Shown here: positions 58,701-59,473 of the stretch, in pieces
How the letters are laid out: every line of letters starts with the position of its first letter
Position numbering within the stretch: position 1 is the stretch's first letter
Assembly: GCA_944349895.1 (NCBI GenBank)
Contig: CALVNQ010000004.1
Location: forward strand, 1 to 59,473
Reading direction: 5' to 3'
DNA: 59,473 nucleotides
From: an uncultured Clostridia bacterium
Lineage (GTDB): Bacteria; Bacillota; Clostridia; Christensenellales; UBA1242
The notes under the pieces: model-generated
The model's database searches: none
Seen by the model: only the letters and a program-made list of their open reading frames with translations
Told to the model about the DNA's origin: nothing
Position numbers and translations under genes: made by a program

Positions 58701-59473
58701 TCGGCTGACATTACTTATCTTTTAGGAGAAAAAGTTAACAAATTCGGAACCTTTAAAATAGCAATACAGGCGATATCAAATAAACTTCAAGTTATTCCTT
58801 CGGAAAAAAATTATATGCCTGAAGAAGTAACCAAACTAAAAACTATTGATAATGCTATGGCTATGGAAAATGGAGTTATCACTCTTAATTTTGATGACGA
58901 AAGAGCTCCTGAAGATAGAAATTTAGACAGTGTTGAAGACATGTTAGAAAACAAAGCTGATGGTAGCTTGTGGAGCAGTTTGAGTAATTTTGCATCAATT
59001 CTTTTAAGCAAACAATTAAATCAGCCTTTTAGTTATGTGCTCGAAGACATATCAGATTTAAAATTTAATCTTAAGTTTGTTAGAAAAGATTCGCAAAATG
59101 AAGGATCAACATATTTAACCACAGTAAATGCTGTTGATATTTTGTCAAGACTTGACCAGCAAACCATTAATCAATTATCTGAATTAGCTAGTGGTGGTCA
59201 AATAACAGACAGAACTTTAATCAATAGGATTTCTACGGTAGTCGATGTTTTACAAGATGAGAACTTATTTAATGGTGTTGCCTCTTCTTATTTGCTTTTC
59301 GATGAGATAGGTCAAAATGAAAATGGCGTTTATGGAAAATTTAGCGCAGAAAAAATTCCTGCAGGCGTTTATGACATCTACATTCAGCAACAAGGGGCAA
59401 GCGAGACAAAGACTTTAAGCTCAGATTATTCTCTTAAACTTGAAAATAAAGTTGTCGTTGATTCACCAATGAC
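52767..59473 (+). CDS. Giant lipoprotein (>2230 aa, runs off the right end) with tandem FN3/Ig-like repeats
   Basis: Not in the track (no stop in window). GTG 52767 gives MRTRTKNFRTIIMFIFAIILSLPLFCFVG-C (lipobox). Recurring pattern such as TPTNLHISNDGLITWD, QVTNLKAS..LSWE, SVSNLKIDLGNLKWD. Same frame at the window edge (..VVVDSPM). Confidence 0.88.
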   Translation, partial: MRTRTKNFRTIIMFIFAIILSLPLFCFVGCASQFSFFGNFSQESVTLKVGESFEPEKFFESEKFVYFESENDSIISKTESNTFVANKNGETVIKALNNGLLIDVLKVYVKEMFNTPTNLHISNDGLITWDDCSIILNGQTYKPEYTVKLKNQDGEVLYKVKSNSFQLVDSGQYEISIRAEGNDTVEGSDYSKTETFKFSMVDQAVDFVFNSEKIFGSQNGNFTWKGSSYGEIIIDGISKDVWGNIGSINFESYPELSQIDVDIILRNSTLGESKTVSTIIKKLYTPNLLIHDNLISWDMAEGMESLMIHYDSLKSASVSGEITVNSNSTILNGLAEGIYTLSYQAMGKSNFANGNKKTTSNLVGKISNVNTQCEIVGNELVVKFSTTSEYNKKFIVCHNSNKYQFEFASEKEGEEYVLTQSFELEEGENLFSVQALPTLVDGVFNYDGIVTSNVLMSDEKLFISVYNLDQVKNLIHSLDENGSSILQFDEVQFADKYNILVNDIIVENAEFVKENNVVKANIGIISKEKYGDVDIFEIKIIATKEEIPDQAVIDSETIKSLYMLSSPTLNSLNGGQSVGNLYIWQAVENAEYECKLYITDSSFDIQNVEASVISVSEPYLQFNDANYYVLQVRSYPVDENNYLPSDEYSYDYFFIAKNLNSPQLRLDFDEDVSQNLNFSGYVLKIKTVENGYKYDVYLNDQLQGSVFNENFDKDILSFNFDKQIIFSDVNQPYDIKVIVSAKDTESQLIHLNATANLEVNRLAPPSNCSVDDETKSIATFINGIDESVLVVYKDGTELDRSKQPGANVSVSISNFDGDFVLKAQLLGFDEFNNYSSNGVTYLSSEYYTFNFHRSTTPYDLNYSNEVISFVHNDRVENYVVKINVTSANGNITREIYTDKKSFNLENELAQLRETDEIFDSYFTQKTEVIIQVYADINQLEENIYYLPSKNATLKYDTTSTDLVIKKLDEVVLDFDEESQKIVWQKVEGDNVRYEVYYNGLLQTTINNPSLSSYEYDVSSYNFAMPGDYDFYIIAKSDNSLPSDKSKNITFYKLSNVGSLNVFEVNGVYKASFVLSNDELDYISEIIVNDESIGSVPEFTLDDEVISVYVKGKNYIENGNKVFFISSDKSNFNIIKLVANENYLANVEITGHKLSWADYATLYVNNWILSGTSQNLKYKINIYDQENQFIQSISNISSTQISLTIEIFQNLSDGVYNLSLLAYISEYTILDSGKGYYGEILLEKDISLKKLNQVTNLKASIDNSKVSIDEEMSKYVNLSWEFNDVATSDVNFEIYLNDSLIATTKNNNTFIVQSMFDKNENIVSVRAISSTDVYSDFVTTTVFKFNAPKISISDEAVLSISVQDTYSVSEGFVIELEIENKVQTIHTLAQQIDLNKFINAMSGTYVVRVIQKATSQITLPNQRIASINGIVLKKPKVVQDETGLTFSTSDFGVKYYLRSEDLGVDDCLLEGNRFDFPDTWLSGQYDMLVYAVKAGCINSWTGAEAQFTINIQRITNVPYITSTRNEDYTDFNLSWDSIDNAVAYRIEIYQENKNIGSLDIKSGNNILLSNLKKLVETITHGEYLFVFRTLTDYNSTGLTNSLPYSFNVSILENTVENLTTNDVGILKFDAQNNGPGFFAMAENASTNEKITTILNATQKSWLIENISGKLEITVVQLAGNEAVQVSNDGLSFDAEPQKIVLYKLKDILSIENQAESGKLFITVENESEGLFRTFYVKTVINGETYVASLPYNKISDTNYEVLAIEIAKLFPISQEGIFNFSIYSVAPGTLRSEEFDYSFEFKFSNDSVQSKKSNEFLDYIVLSTDQASDVSKIHLLILEPYTNKYLDVSGFIEKGWWTKHNYYENGQLKTEEFFSDTDMTTVGSESEYISEECYAINMTQLFLEEFARFSGNISLQIGYITSPFIVNYFSEVFNYTKLSSVSNLKIDLGNLKWDNSNTSNTGFILYFENEEGIDTQIITSADITYLLGEKVNKFGTFKIAIQAISNKLQVIPSEKNYMPEEVTKLKTIDNAMAMENGVITLNFDDERAPEDRNLDSVEDMLENKADGSLWSSLSNFASILLSKQLNQPFSYVLEDISDLKFNLKFVRKDSQNEGSTYLTTVNAVDILSRLDQQTINQLSELASGGQITDRTLINRISTVVDVLQDENLFNGVASSYLLFDEIGQNENGVYGKFSAEKIPAGVYDIYIQQQGASETKTLSSDYSLKLENKVVVDSPM

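Noticed and set aside
52582-59011. Short minus-strand ORFs in the right-hand region
   Set aside because: Antisense shadows of the giant lipoprotein, or AT-rich spacer noise.

Overview
AT-rich chromosomal window from a probably spore-forming, low-GC Firmicute (Clostridia-like; standard genetic code; taxonomy is inference). It spans the replication origin: dnaA-oriC-dnaN-rpmH-rnpA-yidD-yidC-jag-mnmE-mnmG-rsmG-parA-parB with two parS sites, and recF divergent. The rest is mostly housekeeping: glyS, metG, aspS-asnS, ABC-F, rsmH, a class B PBP, folA, dut, class III RNR nrdD/nrdG with trxB, peroxiredoxin, rubrerythrin, yabP-yabQ-divIC, a RluA/D-family enzyme, tRNA-Ser(GCT) and tRNA-Asn(GTT). Both ends are giant surface-protein ORFs that run off the window and are absent from the ORF track (>1720 aa and >2230 aa). 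No integrase, transposase, phage gene or CRISPR array was seen. Best leads: (1) a glyS T-box with an ultrashort Stem I and an apparent SD-sequestering rather than terminator platform; (2) about seven genes with leaderless promoter-to-start geometry; (3) an in-place inversion of dnaA-oriC-dnaN; (4) a 238-bp MITE-like structured element in the dcw cluster and a 128-bp hairpin module duplicating the tRNA-Asn 3' end; (5) monocistronic orphan genes with short basic C-terminal tails; (6) an NrdD-glutaredoxin fusion coupled to trxB. Everything was read by eye; no searches or folding programs were run.
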